A stretch of DNA of 64,000 nt from Flavobacteriales bacterium (GCA_963669295.1 OY769938.1:1625086-1689085), one strand, 5' to 3'. Positions 37,174-48,371 are shown, counted from the stretch's first letter. Numbers and translations: made by a program. Notes: generated by a model not told the origin, from the letters alone.

Positions 37174-40100
37174 ATGTTAACAAGAAAACTCTCCAATATA
37201 TCTCAAAAAATGAGGCTGATTTTTACTGTATTGTTGACTTGCTCTTTCTTAGGAGCGATGGGGCAACAAATATACCCTACCATGGGAACCGAGTTTTGGC
37301 TGGGTTACATGGAAAACTATAATACTTCCGCCAATGATCGGCTGGAAATCTTCATTACTTCTGATGTCAATACATCAGGTACTGTATCTATTCCACAACA
37401 AGGGTTTTCTCAAAATTTCAATGTTGTAGCAAATGTTACTACTACTGTTTTGGTTCCAAATGCCAATGCAGAGCACTATGGAGGAGGGTTTGTAGACAAT
37501 AGAGGTATTTTAATTGAAACCAACGATACCTGTGCAGTTTTCGCCATTAATTTTGATAATTATACTGCTGATGCAACCAAGGTGTTGCCCACCGTTTCTT
37601 TGGGTACCGAGTACCTGGTGAGTACCTATCTTGGATTAAGTGGAAACTCTTATAACTCCGAATTTGTAATTGTTGCCACTGAAGATGGGACTGAAGTTGA
37701 AATTACTCCCTCATCCAACACTTCATCTGGACAAACTGCCGGTGTTCCTTTTATCGTACAATTGGATCGAGGCGAATCCTATCAAATACAGGCAGCAGTA
37801 GGGTCCGACGATTTAACCGGATCTACCATTATTGCCACACCGGCAAGTGGCGACTGTAGGCCCTTTGCTGTGTTTTCTGGAACCATGTGTACCAATACTC
37901 CTGTTGGATGTTATGCGTGCGACCATACCTTCGACCAAAACTTTCCCACCGAAACATGGGGGACAGATTATTTTATAGTTCCCATTAGTTTTGCCACCAA
38001 CTACACTTACCGTGTGATGGCACTCAACAATGGAACCAACTACACCATTGATGGAGGTGCCCCGCAACTATTAAATGCCGGGCAATTTGATGAGTACAAC
38101 TATGACCCAAGTGCACATTGTATTCAAGCAGATGGTCCTATTTGTGTAACACAACACCTTGAAGGAGTAGGTTGTGCTGGTAGCGGAGACCCTGCTCAAA
38201 TGATTCTGAACGCCTCTGATCAGATGATTAGCGATATTACCTTTAGTACGGTAACTTCTACTGTAATTACTCAACATGGTTTGAATGTAATTATGGAAAC
38301 ACCTTATACCAATACCTTGTCGTTAGACGGTGTTCCAGTAAACGCTGGACAGTTTACTCCATTTACAAATTGTGGAGGATATTCCTGGGCGCAAATTACC
38401 ATTGCACAGGGAAGTCATACCCTAACTTCTCCTTTTGGTTTTACAGCTTATGTATATGGTACAGGAAGTGCGGAAAGTTATGCTTATTCGGTAGGATCTT
38501 TTAGCACCGAACCTATTCCACCTATTGATACCGTAATTTGTACATCCGATACTGCTACCCTTGTAGCACCTAATGGATTATTTAACCCCTGGTGGGCCAC
38601 CCAAACAAATCCAACTGATACCATTGGCACTGGAACAGTACTGGTGCTTCCACCCCCGGTAACCACCGATATTTATATTGTTACTGGTGATGCTCTTGTA
38701 TCTGGGTGCGAGCAGACTTATTCATACAGTGTAGAGTACCAACAACCACCAGCGATGACCATCACTATCCCAGATGATACGGTCTGTTTGTATGAATCGA
38801 TCCCCATGAACGTTACGCTGAACCCTCCAGGATCGTATTTATACGACTGGACTCCCCCATTAGAATTTAATAATCCTAATATCGTAAACCCTATACTCAC
38901 CCCTTCGCAAAGTGGCTGGTACGTGTGTAATATTCAATCGCTAACTGGCTGTGTGAGTTTTGCTGATAGTATTTACGTCACTGTGGTAGGTGGTGATGTG
39001 CTTACGGTTGATGCAATCACCGGCAATGGCACAGATCAAGACACTTTATGTCCGGGCGACGATAGTCAGCTCGATGTAGAAATGCAACGGATTATTTTCA
39101 ACGATAATTTTGACCCACTAAACAATGGCCTTTGGGCAAGCCTTCAAAATGGTGTTGCCAGCAGTTTATGTGGTTCAGTAAATGGTAATGCGCTTTACTT
39201 TGATGGTGCTGGAGTGCGATCGGCCGAAACCAATGGCATGGATGTGTCTACTGGAGGAACAGTGCGATTCATGCTGAAGATTGCCAATGGAGCGGCTCCT
39301 TGTGAAAATGCAGATCCAGGTGAAAATGTAGTGTTGGAATACTCCGCAATGGGAGGTCCATGGACCATTATCAATACCTATTTCGAGTCCATGTATCCCA
39401 ATTTCACCATGATCAATGAAGCTATTCCTGCTGGAGCCATGAGTACTAACACACAGTTTAGATGGAGGCAATTGGCCAACTCGGGGGCAGGACAAGACAA
39501 CTGGGCACTCGACAATTGTGTCATTGCTACCCTGAATAACTCTGGTTTCCTATACCAGTGGACACCAGCAGTAGGATTAACCAATGCTGCAATTCCAAAC
39601 CCTGTTGCTGATCCAGCAATAGCTACAGTTTATGAAGTAATGGTAATCGATACAGTAGCCGGTTGTAACTATGTAGACTCTGTAACTATTTTGGTAGATG
39701 TTCCATTTACATTGGACATGCCCAATGACACTATTTTATGTGATGTAGCTGGCGTGCAGTTAGATGCCAACCCAACAGCAGCAAGCGGACATACGTTTGC
39801 GTGGACACCCAACAATGGTACCTTAACAAGCACTACCATACAAAACCCCGTGGCCACACCTAATGTTACCACTACCTACTATGTAGATGCTACCTCAGAC
39901 TTAGGGTGCACCGTAACAGATAGTATAAACATAACAGTGGCTGGCTTAAATAGTGTTACGGCAACCACCAACAACAACGACTTTTGCCAGGGGCAATCTG
40001 CCATATTAAATGCCGTGGTAAGCGGTAACCCTAATGCGTATACCTTCAATTGGATGCCCAACCTTGATTTAGACGACAATACGTTGCAAAGCCCTACAGC

Positions 40101-41784
40101 TACGCCTACTGATACAGTAATGTATATTGTAACGGTAACCGATACTGCATCTGGATGTATATTAATTGACAGTATTCAAATTAATGTAATTCCGAGCTTC
40201 CCTGTAACTGCCATGAATGATACTGCATTGTGTCACTCTGTGAATTTGCCATTAACTGTAACTCACGGAGCAGTAGGTGCAGTTACCTACGATTGGCAAC
40301 CTGCTGGTTTATTGAACGACAATACCCTGGCTTCGCCAACAATTACCTCTGATGCTGATACTACTTTCTATGTAACAGTAACGGATGGGCAAGGGTGCTC
40401 CAACATAGATTCTGTACATGTTACCATCCTTTACACGGATGTATTCCTGGGCAACGACACCTCGTTGTGTCAAGGTGAAACACTAACGTTAGATGCGGGG
40501 AACTACGTATCCTACCAGTGGTCTACCTCTCCGAACGACACCTTGCAAACCATTACTATTAATGCTTCAGGCACCTATAGTGTGGATGTAGTAAATGCAG
40601 AAGGATGCTTTGCGCAAGACACCATAACAGTAGTTGTATTCCAATTACCGGTGGTTAACCTGGGGCCTGATACTGCTTTGTGTGATGGACTGTCTGTTGA
40701 CCTTGACGCGGCCAACGCCGGCTCTACTTACGACTGGTCGACCAACGAAACAACACAAATCATCACAGTTACAACTACCAATAATTATAGTGTTACTGTA
40801 ACAGATGGTAATGGGTGCCAAAATTCAGACGACATTAATGTAACATTCAACCCATTGCCTGTGATTGACCTTGGAGTAGATCAAACGGTTTGTGAGAACC
40901 AGGTAGTAGTATTAGACGCAGGTAATGCTGGAGCAATATTTAATTGGTCAACTACCGAAAATACGCAAAGTATTATTGCAAATAATACAGACACCTACTG
41001 GGTAGAAGTGACCAATCAATTCAACTGTACCTCTACCGATACTGTTGATGTTACCATCATCACTCATCCAATTGTTGACCTGGGGCCCGACACGGCATTG
41101 TGTCATGGCGAGAGCCTTATGTTAATTGCTGGCAACCCCACATTCTATAGCAACTGGTCGACCAGTGAATTTGGTGATACTATTGTAGTAACTACCAGCG
41201 ATTTATACAGTGTAAGTGTAACCAATGGGTATTGTACTACTACTGATCAAATTGATGTAATATTCAATCCATTGCCACAACCTCTGCCTTACAACGACAC
41301 CACTTTCTGTGATTGGGACATTCCAGGAATGGCGGTGCTGGATGCAGGAAACCAGGGAGCCACATACTTGTGGTCGACGGGAGAAACCACGCAACAGATT
41401 ACAGTAAATAATGATGAAACCTTCTATGTTACAATTACTACTCCTGAGAACTGTGCTGGAACAGATAGTGTAGAAGTAAATATATTCTGCCAACCCACCA
41501 TTTATGTGCCCAATTCATTTACCCCGAATGGTGATGGTAGAAACGATTACTTCCAGGCGTATGGCGAAAACATAGTAGAGTTTGAAATGTTCATCTTCGA
41601 CCGTTGGGGTCAATTGATTTTCCACTCTGAAGAAATGAATCTTGCCTGGGGGGGAACCTATGATGGTACTCCGGTACAACAAGATGTGTATGTGTGGAAA
41701 ATTAAGTACCGCTATCAACAGTCATTTGAAGGCCCAATGTCTTCTAAAAAAGAATTGACGGGACATGTTACCCTATTAAGATAA
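37174..41784 (+). CDS. T9SS type-B sorting-domain adhesin, paralog B (paralog A architecture plus a ~2.3-kb internal expansion)
   Basis: 1536 aa. The first ~600 aa and last ~175 aa are collinear with paralog A. The insert (about 38985-41270) contains one jelly-roll-like module (...FRWRQLANSGAGQDNWALDNCVI) followed by about 10 Cys-containing Ig-like repeats of two types. C-terminus: VPNSFTPNGDGRNDYFQAYG...DRWGQLIF. Confidence 0.85.
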   Translation: MLTRKLSNISQKMRLIFTVLLTCSFLGAMGQQIYPTMGTEFWLGYMENYNTSANDRLEIFITSDVNTSGTVSIPQQGFSQNFNVVANVTTTVLVPNANAEHYGGGFVDNRGILIETNDTCAVFAINFDNYTADATKVLPTVSLGTEYLVSTYLGLSGNSYNSEFVIVATEDGTEVEITPSSNTSSGQTAGVPFIVQLDRGESYQIQAAVGSDDLTGSTIIATPASGDCRPFAVFSGTMCTNTPVGCYACDHTFDQNFPTETWGTDYFIVPISFATNYTYRVMALNNGTNYTIDGGAPQLLNAGQFDEYNYDPSAHCIQADGPICVTQHLEGVGCAGSGDPAQMILNASDQMISDITFSTVTSTVITQHGLNVIMETPYTNTLSLDGVPVNAGQFTPFTNCGGYSWAQITIAQGSHTLTSPFGFTAYVYGTGSAESYAYSVGSFSTEPIPPIDTVICTSDTATLVAPNGLFNPWWATQTNPTDTIGTGTVLVLPPPVTTDIYIVTGDALVSGCEQTYSYSVEYQQPPAMTITIPDDTVCLYESIPMNVTLNPPGSYLYDWTPPLEFNNPNIVNPILTPSQSGWYVCNIQSLTGCVSFADSIYVTVVGGDVLTVDAITGNGTDQDTLCPGDDSQLDVEMQRIIFNDNFDPLNNGLWASLQNGVASSLCGSVNGNALYFDGAGVRSAETNGMDVSTGGTVRFMLKIANGAAPCENADPGENVVLEYSAMGGPWTIINTYFESMYPNFTMINEAIPAGAMSTNTQFRWRQLANSGAGQDNWALDNCVIATLNNSGFLYQWTPAVGLTNAAIPNPVADPAIATVYEVMVIDTVAGCNYVDSVTILVDVPFTLDMPNDTILCDVAGVQLDANPTAASGHTFAWTPNNGTLTSTTIQNPVATPNVTTTYYVDATSDLGCTVTDSINITVAGLNSVTATTNNNDFCQGQSAILNAVVSGNPNAYTFNWMPNLDLDDNTLQSPTATPTDTVMYIVTVTDTASGCILIDSIQINVIPSFPVTAMNDTALCHSVNLPLTVTHGAVGAVTYDWQPAGLLNDNTLASPTITSDADTTFYVTVTDGQGCSNIDSVHVTILYTDVFLGNDTSLCQGETLTLDAGNYVSYQWSTSPNDTLQTITINASGTYSVDVVNAEGCFAQDTITVVVFQLPVVNLGPDTALCDGLSVDLDAANAGSTYDWSTNETTQIITVTTTNNYSVTVTDGNGCQNSDDINVTFNPLPVIDLGVDQTVCENQVVVLDAGNAGAIFNWSTTENTQSIIANNTDTYWVEVTNQFNCTSTDTVDVTIITHPIVDLGPDTALCHGESLMLIAGNPTFYSNWSTSEFGDTIVVTTSDLYSVSVTNGYCTTTDQIDVIFNPLPQPLPYNDTTFCDWDIPGMAVLDAGNQGATYLWSTGETTQQITVNNDETFYVTITTPENCAGTDSVEVNIFCQPTIYVPNSFTPNGDGRNDYFQAYGENIVEFEMFIFDRWGQLIFHSEEMNLAWGGTYDGTPVQQDVYVWKIKYRYQQSFEGPMSSKKELTGHVTLLR

Positions 41785-41804
41785 TGGAAAGGGCCGGTTT
41801 GAAG

Positions 41805-42578
41805 TCACTGTATTTCAAACCGGTCTGCATCCAACCCTACTGGAAACTTTTCTCTAAACAATTGCAGTTCCTCAAAGGAAAGTTGTACCGTTTCCACACC
41901 ATCTTCACATGATTTAATGGTACTGATTACTTGCCCTTTCGGGTCGATTGCTGCTGAGTTGCCAGAGTAATCGATGCCATTGCCATCTTTTCCTACCCTA
42001 TTTACTCCTATAACGTATGCTTGATTTTCAATGGCTCTTGCTATAAGCAAACTGCTCCACGGATGGCTCCGTGCCTTGGGCCAATTCGCCACATAAATTA
42101 AACAATCATAATCTCCTTTGTTTCTGCTCCATACAGGAAACCGAAGGTCGTAACAAATTTGAAGATTTAAACGCCATCCTTTTAGTTCAACGATCGTTCG
42201 GCCTGATCCTCCAGAAAAGTGGTGATGTTCTTCAGCCATTCGAAAAAGATGGCGTTTATCGTAAGTGGCACAACTACCATCAGGACGCATCCACACCATT
42301 CTATTGTAATAACTCTCGTTTTCTTTAACAATGAGACTCCCGGTAATTACGCAATCCTTTTCTTGTGCTTTAGATTGCATCCATTGCACTGTTGGCCCAT
42401 CCATTGTTTCTGCAAGTCGCTCTGAGTGCATCGAAAAACCCGTGTTGAACATCTCGGGCAATACAATAACATCTGTTGATGACAGCGCTGCCAGCTTTGT
42501 ATTAAGCATCGAAAAGTTTTGTGCTGGCTGCTCCCAATGTAGTGCTGTTTGCACTATAGTAATGTGTAAACGCTCCAT
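41805..42578 (-). CDS. Carbon-nitrogen hydrolase family amidase (omega-amidase/YafV-like)
   Basis: 257 aa with VIVLPEMFNTGF (Glu), the catalytic Cys region LQICYDLRFP, and ANWP. Confidence 0.8.
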   Translation of the reverse strand: MERLHITIVQTALHWEQPAQNFSMLNTKLAALSSTDVIVLPEMFNTGFSMHSERLAETMDGPTVQWMQSKAQEKDCVITGSLIVKENESYYNRMVWMRPDGSCATYDKRHLFRMAEEHHHFSGGSGRTIVELKGWRLNLQICYDLRFPVWSRNKGDYDCLIYVANWPKARSHPWSSLLIARAIENQAYVIGVNRVGKDGNGIDYSGNSAAIDPKGQVISTIKSCEDGVETVQLSFEELQLFREKFPVGLDADRFEIQ

Positions 42579-42594
42579 AAGTTTTGTTATAAAA

Positions 42595-42602
42595 CAAAGG
42601 TA
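42595..42602 (-). promoter_or_regulatory. -7 box (TACCTTTG on the minus strand)
   Basis: Perfect TAnnTTTG, 17 nt upstream of the start at 42578. Confidence 0.3.
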
Positions 42603-42630
42603 GCAAGTAAATACGAAAGCAAGGTTCTAG

Positions 42631-43788
42631 TTAAATAGAGCAAAGAATTTTTGCTGCCGCTTCGAGGGTTTCATTGCTTTTTGCAAAACAAAACCTCAAC
42701 ACCCGATCTTGCACCTCGTTGTGATAAAATACAGAAACTGGAATGGAAGCCAACCCTTTCTCTTTTGTTAGCCAAATCGCGTAATCGGTATCCTTTTCTT
42801 CACTTATTTCATGATACCGAAGTACCTGAAAATAAGTTCCAGAAGCAGGCGTTAGTTCAAAGCGAGAACCTTTAATAAGTGCTATGAAATAGTCTCGTTT
42901 TTCTTGATAAAATTCACCCAGGCCTAAATAGCTTTTAGGATTAGATAAATAGTCGGCTAAAGCCATTTGTACAGGAGTATTACAAGAAAACACAATGAAT
43001 TGGTGTGTCTTTCTGAATTCGGCCATTAGGTTTTCGGGAGCCATGCAATAGCCCATTTTCCACCCGGTAGCATGAAAGGTTTTACCAAATGAAGCCACAA
43101 TAAAAGACCGCTCCGCTAATCCAGGAAACCTGGCTACGCTTTGGTGGGGTACTCCATCAAAAATGATGTGTTCGTACACTTCATCACTAAGTACAACGAT
43201 ATCGGTATTACTGGTTAGTTTTTCTAACTGCAGCATATCTTCCTCAGTCATAACCGTTCCGGTAGGGTTGTGTGGTGTATTGATGATGATCATTCGCGTT
43301 TTGCGGTTCACCACCTTCTTTACTTCTTCCCAGTCTATTCTGTAATCGGGTGCTTTAAGTTGTACGTATATTGACTTTCCCCCATTCAATTCAATGGCAG
43401 GTTCGTAACAATCATATGCTGGGGTAAACATAATTACCTCATCTTCTTCGCGTATAACTGCGGTAATTGCTGCATATATAGCCTCTGTGGCTCCAGCGGT
43501 AATGGTAATTTCCGTATCAGGATGATAGGCTACTCCATAAAGCTGTTCGGTTTTCGCTGCCACAACTTCTCGTAAACGCATTACCCCTTGCATGGGGGCA
43601 TATTGGTTATGTCCCTTCTTCATGTGGTGATTTACCAAATCAATCAATTCCTCAGAAATTGGAAAATCAGGAAATCCTTGAGACAGGTTAATGGCCTTGT
43701 GTTCAGCTGCCAGCTTTGACATCACAGTAAAAATGGTAGTTCCCACTTTTGGCAACTTTGAGGCAATATTATTCGGGTATACAGGCAT
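42631..43788 (-). CDS. PLP-dependent aminotransferase class I/II (methionine aminotransferase YbdL-like)
   Basis: 385 aa with NPHNPTG and SFGKTFHATGWKMGY, the PLP lysine region. Confidence 0.85.
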   Translation of the reverse strand: MPVYPNNIASKLPKVGTTIFTVMSKLAAEHKAINLSQGFPDFPISEELIDLVNHHMKKGHNQYAPMQGVMRLREVVAAKTEQLYGVAYHPDTEITITAGATEAIYAAITAVIREEDEVIMFTPAYDCYEPAIELNGGKSIYVQLKAPDYRIDWEEVKKVVNRKTRMIIINTPHNPTGTVMTEEDMLQLEKLTSNTDIVVLSDEVYEHIIFDGVPHQSVARFPGLAERSFIVASFGKTFHATGWKMGYCMAPENLMAEFRKTHQFIVFSCNTPVQMALADYLSNPKSYLGLGEFYQEKRDYFIALIKGSRFELTPASGTYFQVLRYHEISEEKDTDYAIWLTKEKGLASIPVSVFYHNEVQDRVLRFCFAKSNETLEAAAKILCSI

Positions 43789-43928
43789 TTACGACTAACA
43801 ATAAGTTCACGAAAATAAAATGCTTATTTTAATAATTGGATGTTGTGTTGGGTTATTTACTAGTTTTTAGACCAACTCATAATTACACCCTATTATCATT
43901 TCTTTTGGTTGGGTCAATAAAGCATTAC

Positions 43929-43952
43929 AAAAAAGGGAGGCAATCACCTCCC
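43929..43952 (-). terminator. Rho-independent terminator of the sdh operon
   Basis: On the minus strand: GGGAGG-tgattg-CCTCCC-tttttt, about 20 nt after the sdhB stop. Confidence 0.8.
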
Positions 43953-43972
43953 TTGCCTATGTATTTCAAATG

Positions 43973-44731
43973 TTATTTTTCAGAAGTCAACGATGCTTTG
44001 AGAAATTCGCGATTCATTCGTGCAATGTTCTCCAATGAAATTCCTTTGGGGCATTCTACTTCGCAAGCACCGGTATTAGAGCACGCTCCAAACCCTTCAT
44101 CATCCATTTGCGCTACCATGTTTAATACCCGGTCTTTTGCTTCTACTTTTCCTTGAGGCAATAATGCCAATTGCGATACTTTAGCTGAAACAAACAACAT
44201 GGCTGAAGAGTTTTTGCAAGTAGCAACGCAAGCCCCACAACCTATGCAGGTAGCGGCATCAAATGCTTTATCAGCATCATCTTTTGGAATAGGCAACGCA
44301 TTGGCATCTTGTGTGTTTCCGGAAGTGTTCACCGAAACAAATCCTCCTGCATTCATGATCCGATCAAAAGACGAGCGATCAACAACAAGATCCTTAATCA
44401 CAGGAAAAGCTTGTGCACGCCATGGTTCAATATAGATGGTTTCTCCATCTTTAAATGAGCGCATGTGCAACTGGCAGGTGGTAATACCTCTACCTGGGCC
44501 ATGTGCCTCCCCATTGATATACATGCTACACATTCCGCAAATTCCTTCACGACAATCATGGTCAAAAGCAATAGGGTCTTTTCCACTTTCAATTAATTGA
44601 TTGTTCAATACATCAATCATTTCCAGAAAAGACATATCCGGAGAAATATCGGATACAGGATAGGTTTCCATCCTTCCTTTATCTTTAGCATCATTTTGTC
44701 TCCAAATCTTCAATGTCAAATTCATAGCCAT
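43973..44731 (-). CDS. sdhB: Succinate dehydrogenase/fumarate reductase iron-sulfur subunit
   Basis: 252 aa with [20 protein letters not shown] and [12 protein letters not shown] cluster motifs. Confidence 0.95.
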   Translation of the reverse strand: MAMNLTLKIWRQNDAKDKGRMETYPVSDISPDMSFLEMIDVLNNQLIESGKDPIAFDHDCREGICGMCSMYINGEAHGPGRGITTCQLHMRSFKDGETIYIEPWRAQAFPVIKDLVVDRSSFDRIMNAGGFVSVNTSGNTQDANALPIPKDDADKAFDAATCIGCGACVATCKNSSAMLFVSAKVSQLALLPQGKVEAKDRVLNMVAQMDDEGFGACSNTGACEVECPKGISLENIARMNREFLKASLTSEK

Positions 44732-44743
44732 TTATTTTTGTCG

Positions 44744-46744
44744 CTACTTATAGCTTCGTTGCTTTAACTCAATGTTTTCAAACGTTAATTGCTCTTTGTG
44801 CAATTGTGCATCCTTAGGCGCCCCCTGGTATTCCCAGGCAGCTACATAAGCAAAATTATCATCATCACGTCTTGCTTCCCCTTCTTCGGTTTGCGATTCC
44901 TCACGGAAGTGACCTCCACAACTTTCCGAGCGTTCCAGTGCATCTTTACACATCAACTCACCCAACTCAAGAAAATCAGCTACACGCAACGCTTTTTCCA
45001 GCTCTTGATTAAACTCATCCAGTTTACCTGGAACACGCACGTCTTTATAAAACTCTTCCCGCAGGGCTTGAATTTCTTCAATCGCTTTTTTCAACCCTTC
45101 CTCATTTCGGGCCATTCCACAGTTGTCCCACATTATTTTCCCCAAACGCTTATGGAAATGATCAACGCTCTTTGTTCCATTATTATTCATCAAATGATTC
45201 AACTGTTCTTTCACCGCCTTTTCAGCCGCGTCAAACTCAGGGGTGTCGGTTGGAATAGCACCCGTTCGGATGTCATTTGATAAGTAATCACCAATGGTAT
45301 ATGGTAAAACAAAGTATCCATCAGCAAGTCCTTGCATTAGAGCCGAAGCACCAAGTCTATTCGCCCCGTGGTCAGAAAAGTTGGCTTCTCCACAGGCATA
45401 TAAGCCGGGCACGGTAGTCATCAAATTATAGTCAACCCATATGCCCCCCATGGTGTAATGCACCGCTGGATAAATTTTCATTGGGGTTTCATAAGGGTTG
45501 TCATCAGTAATCTTTTCGTACATCTGGAAAAGGTTGCCATACTTCGACTCTACTACCTGCTTGCCCAGTTCTCGAATTTTTTCCTTTGAAGCATTGGCAA
45601 TACCTAGTGTGGTAGCTTCAACTTTTCCATATCGTTCAATCGCAGAAGCAAAATCAAGAAATACCGCTTCACCGGTAGCATTTACTCCAAAACCGGCATC
45701 ACATCTTTCCTTTGCTGCCCTGGAAGCAACATCACGCGGTACCAGGTTACCAAACGACGGATATCGGCGTTCCAAATAATAATCCCTTTCTTCTTCAGGA
45801 ATGTCTACTGGCTTTTTCTTTCCTGCACGTATCGCTTCTACATCCTCTTTATGCTTAGGCACCCAAATTCTTCCATCATTACGCAACGACTCTGACATCA
45901 ACGTAAGTTTGGATTGGTAGTTCCCCGAAACAGGAATGCAAGTAGGGTGAATTTGTGTATAACAAGGGTTGGCAAAATAAGCCCCTTTTTTATGTGCTTT
46001 CCATGCTGCCGTAACATTCGACCCCATAGCATTGGTAGAGAGGAAAAATACATTGCCATAACCTCCTGTACACAACACTACAGCATGTGCCGAGTGCCTT
46101 TCTATTTCTCCTGTCACAAGATTGCGGGCAATAATGCCACGCGCTTTCCCGTCTACAATCACAACATCCAACATCTCGTGTCGGTTGTACATCTGTATTT
46201 TACCTTTGCCTATTTGCCTCGACATGGCTGAATAAGCACCCAACAACAACTGTTGACCGGTTTGGCCTTTTGCATAAAAAGTTCTTGACACCAATACCCC
46301 TCCAAAAGAACGATTATCTAACAATCCACCGTATTCCCGGGCAAAGGGAACACCTTGCGCCACACATTGGTCAATGATGTTTGCCGATACTTCTGCCAAT
46401 CGATATACGTTAGCTTCTCGCGAACGGTAATCTCCACCTTTTACAGTATCATAAAACAAGCGATAAGTACTGTCGCCATCGCCCTGGTAGTTTTTGGCGG
46501 CATTTATCCCCCCTTGTGCTGCAATAGAGTGAGCTCGGCGTGGGCTGTCTTGAAAGCAAAAGGCTTTTACATTGTATCCCAACTCCGCTAACGTTGCAGC
46601 GGCAGACCCCCCTGCTAATCCAGTACCCACCACAATGATATCAATCAATCGTTTGTTGGCTGGGTTCACCAGGTTAATCTTGTTTTTATGATCGGTCCAC
46701 TTATCCTTAATAGAACCTTCAGGTATTTTCGCGTCTAATGACAT
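44744..46744 (-). CDS. sdhA: Succinate dehydrogenase/fumarate reductase flavoprotein subunit
   Basis: 666 aa with [12 protein letters not shown] (FAD), [15 protein letters not shown] (covalent-FAD His region) and HYTMGGI. Confidence 0.95.
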   Translation of the reverse strand: MSLDAKIPEGSIKDKWTDHKNKINLVNPANKRLIDIIVVGTGLAGGSAAATLAELGYNVKAFCFQDSPRRAHSIAAQGGINAAKNYQGDGDSTYRLFYDTVKGGDYRSREANVYRLAEVSANIIDQCVAQGVPFAREYGGLLDNRSFGGVLVSRTFYAKGQTGQQLLLGAYSAMSRQIGKGKIQMYNRHEMLDVVIVDGKARGIIARNLVTGEIERHSAHAVVLCTGGYGNVFFLSTNAMGSNVTAAWKAHKKGAYFANPCYTQIHPTCIPVSGNYQSKLTLMSESLRNDGRIWVPKHKEDVEAIRAGKKKPVDIPEEERDYYLERRYPSFGNLVPRDVASRAAKERCDAGFGVNATGEAVFLDFASAIERYGKVEATTLGIANASKEKIRELGKQVVESKYGNLFQMYEKITDDNPYETPMKIYPAVHYTMGGIWVDYNLMTTVPGLYACGEANFSDHGANRLGASALMQGLADGYFVLPYTIGDYLSNDIRTGAIPTDTPEFDAAEKAVKEQLNHLMNNNGTKSVDHFHKRLGKIMWDNCGMARNEEGLKKAIEEIQALREEFYKDVRVPGKLDEFNQELEKALRVADFLELGELMCKDALERSESCGGHFREESQTEEGEARRDDDNFAYVAAWEYQGAPKDAQLHKEQLTFENIELKQRSYK

Positions 46745-46771
46745 ATGCTGTGTTTAATCGAATTCAAATTC

Positions 46772-47461
46772 TTAGCTACATAAATAAATCCAAACAGGTA
46801 TAACGGCAAAAGCCAGCGGAACCAATACCGCAAAAGCAGCCCCTACTCCCTTAATCAAAGGAGTATATTTGGCATGACGCATTCCCAACGATTGAAAAGC
46901 ACTTTGGAAACCATGCCACAAGTGAAAGCCCAATACGGCTTGCGCAAAAACATAAGCAGCCACCCAAACAATACCCATTGTACCTTCGGTATAAGTGTTT
47001 ACTACTAATGTGTATAAATCCTTTACCGTTTCTCCATCGTATGTTTTTGTTCCTATTTCTCCAAAGTGCATTACTCCCCAAAATTGGGCCATATGCGTAA
47101 CAATAAACACCAAAATCAATGAGCCTAATAATCCCATCATTCTTGATGAAAATGATGAATTTACCCCTGGTTTATTGTGTTTATAATTCACCGGCCGGGC
47201 TTTCTTATTCTTGATCACCAGCAATATCCCATCCACTGAATGAAAGAGAATGCTAAAGTATAGTAGGTAAGATACTATCTTAATTAGCGGAAAAGTAGTC
47301 ATAAACTTTGCATACTGATTAAACGCTTCACCGTCGTCAGTATACAGCAATTGTAAGTTTCCTATTAAGTGTACCACCAAAAAACTACACAAAAATAATC
47401 CCGTAAGTGCCATCCAGTATTTCTTAGCAAGGGAAGATTTCAATAAAGCAGAATTGCTCAT
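46772..47461 (-). CDS. sdhC: Succinate dehydrogenase cytochrome b subunit, b558 family
   Basis: 229 aa with 5 TM segments and conserved His residues. It is first in the sdhCAB order. Confidence 0.85.
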   Translation of the reverse strand: MSNSALLKSSLAKKYWMALTGLFLCSFLVVHLIGNLQLLYTDDGEAFNQYAKFMTTFPLIKIVSYLLYFSILFHSVDGILLVIKNKKARPVNYKHNKPGVNSSFSSRMMGLLGSLILVFIVTHMAQFWGVMHFGEIGTKTYDGETVKDLYTLVVNTYTEGTMGIVWVAAYVFAQAVLGFHLWHGFQSAFQSLGMRHAKYTPLIKGVGAAFAVLVPLAFAVIPVWIYLCS

Positions 47462-47506
47462 AAGTGGGGTTTTGATTTAAATAGATCGTTTTCCAAATAA
47501 TGTTAG

Positions 47507-47514
47507 CAAAAGTA
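47507..47514 (-). promoter_or_regulatory. -7 box (TACTTTTG on the minus strand) for sdhCAB
   Basis: Perfect TAnnTTTG, 46 nt upstream of the sdhC start. Confidence 0.4.
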
Positions 47515-47781
47515 CTTCTCAAGAAATTCTTTATCAAGTCTAATTCTTGTTTAGAATAGTTCTTAATAACCTTTTTTTCCTTTATTCACTGGCATTCTCC
47601 ATAGGAAACATTGCTAAAATAAGCCCCTATTTAGAGTTAATCAGGTTTTTCACCACTTCCATCACCTCCTTTTTCAATTTCACATGTCGTTCTCCTTAAT
47701 TGGTCACCTTTAGTTTGCAATGGCGCAACAAATACCCACCTTGCTACCGTTATAGTAAGTGAACATTAAACCTGGTAAGAC

Positions 47782-48237
47782 ATGAAAATAACAAAGAAAC
47801 ACCTCCTCATTTACTTGATCTGTTTCACTATAGTAACATTGATCGGTAATACAGGAAAAGCACAATCCTTGATAGAAGAACCTATCAGAGATAACAATGC
47901 AGTTGTTGCCAATGATTCTGACGACACTGACAGAACGCTAAAAAGAACGCGCAATGCTGTAGTATCCAGTGAGCGTCCTTTTAACCTCAACACTTCCAAT
48001 GTAAGCTCAACCATGGCTACATTAAAATGGAATTCTTTAAAAGAGGGGCCATATAACATCGAAGTGGTCCCTGCTGGAGAGAAAAGAACAGGAGAAAATA
48101 TCATTACTACCTTCAGCAATCCTTTTTACTTACATGGGCTGGATCCTGATACCACCTATGATTTCTATGTCAAATTCGACGACGACTGGAACGAGCGGTG
48201 GGCAGGCCCATTCACCTTCACTACCGAAGGAGAGTAA
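47782..48237 (+). CDS. Small secreted fibronectin type III domain protein
   Basis: 151 aa with a signal peptide. PFNLNTSNVSSTMATLKWN...LHGLDPDTTYDFYV...FTFTT follows the FN3 pattern. Confidence 0.65.
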   Translation: MKITKKHLLIYLICFTIVTLIGNTGKAQSLIEEPIRDNNAVVANDSDDTDRTLKRTRNAVVSSERPFNLNTSNVSSTMATLKWNSLKEGPYNIEVVPAGEKRTGENIITTFSNPFYLHGLDPDTTYDFYVKFDDDWNERWAGPFTFTTEGE

Positions 48238-48303
48238 TTAATAATACGAAGACATATATAACCTTACATAACCCCTTCACTACCAATCATTCTTCATGCT
48301 ACC

Positions 48304-48340
48304 AAAAGAGCTGAGCCCCTAACAGGGCCAGCTCTTTTTT
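48304..48340 (+). terminator. Rho-independent terminator
   Basis: aaaaGAGCTGaGCCCctaacaGGGCCAGCTCtttttt. Confidence 0.8.
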
Positions 48341-48359
48341 CAAAACCCCATTAAAACAC

Positions 48360-48367
48360 TATTTTTG
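48360..48367 (+). promoter_or_regulatory. -7 box TATTTTTG ending 4 nt before the ATG at 48372
   Basis: Perfect TAnnTTTG. This implies a leaderless or very short-leader mRNA, or use of the ATG at 48381. Confidence 0.3.
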
Positions 48368-48371
48368 GTAA

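Noticed and set aside
43836-44156. 106-aa plus-strand ORF spanning the sdh terminator region and the sdhB 3' end
   Set aside because: It overlaps sdhB antisense and crosses a clear minus-strand terminator. It has no motifs.
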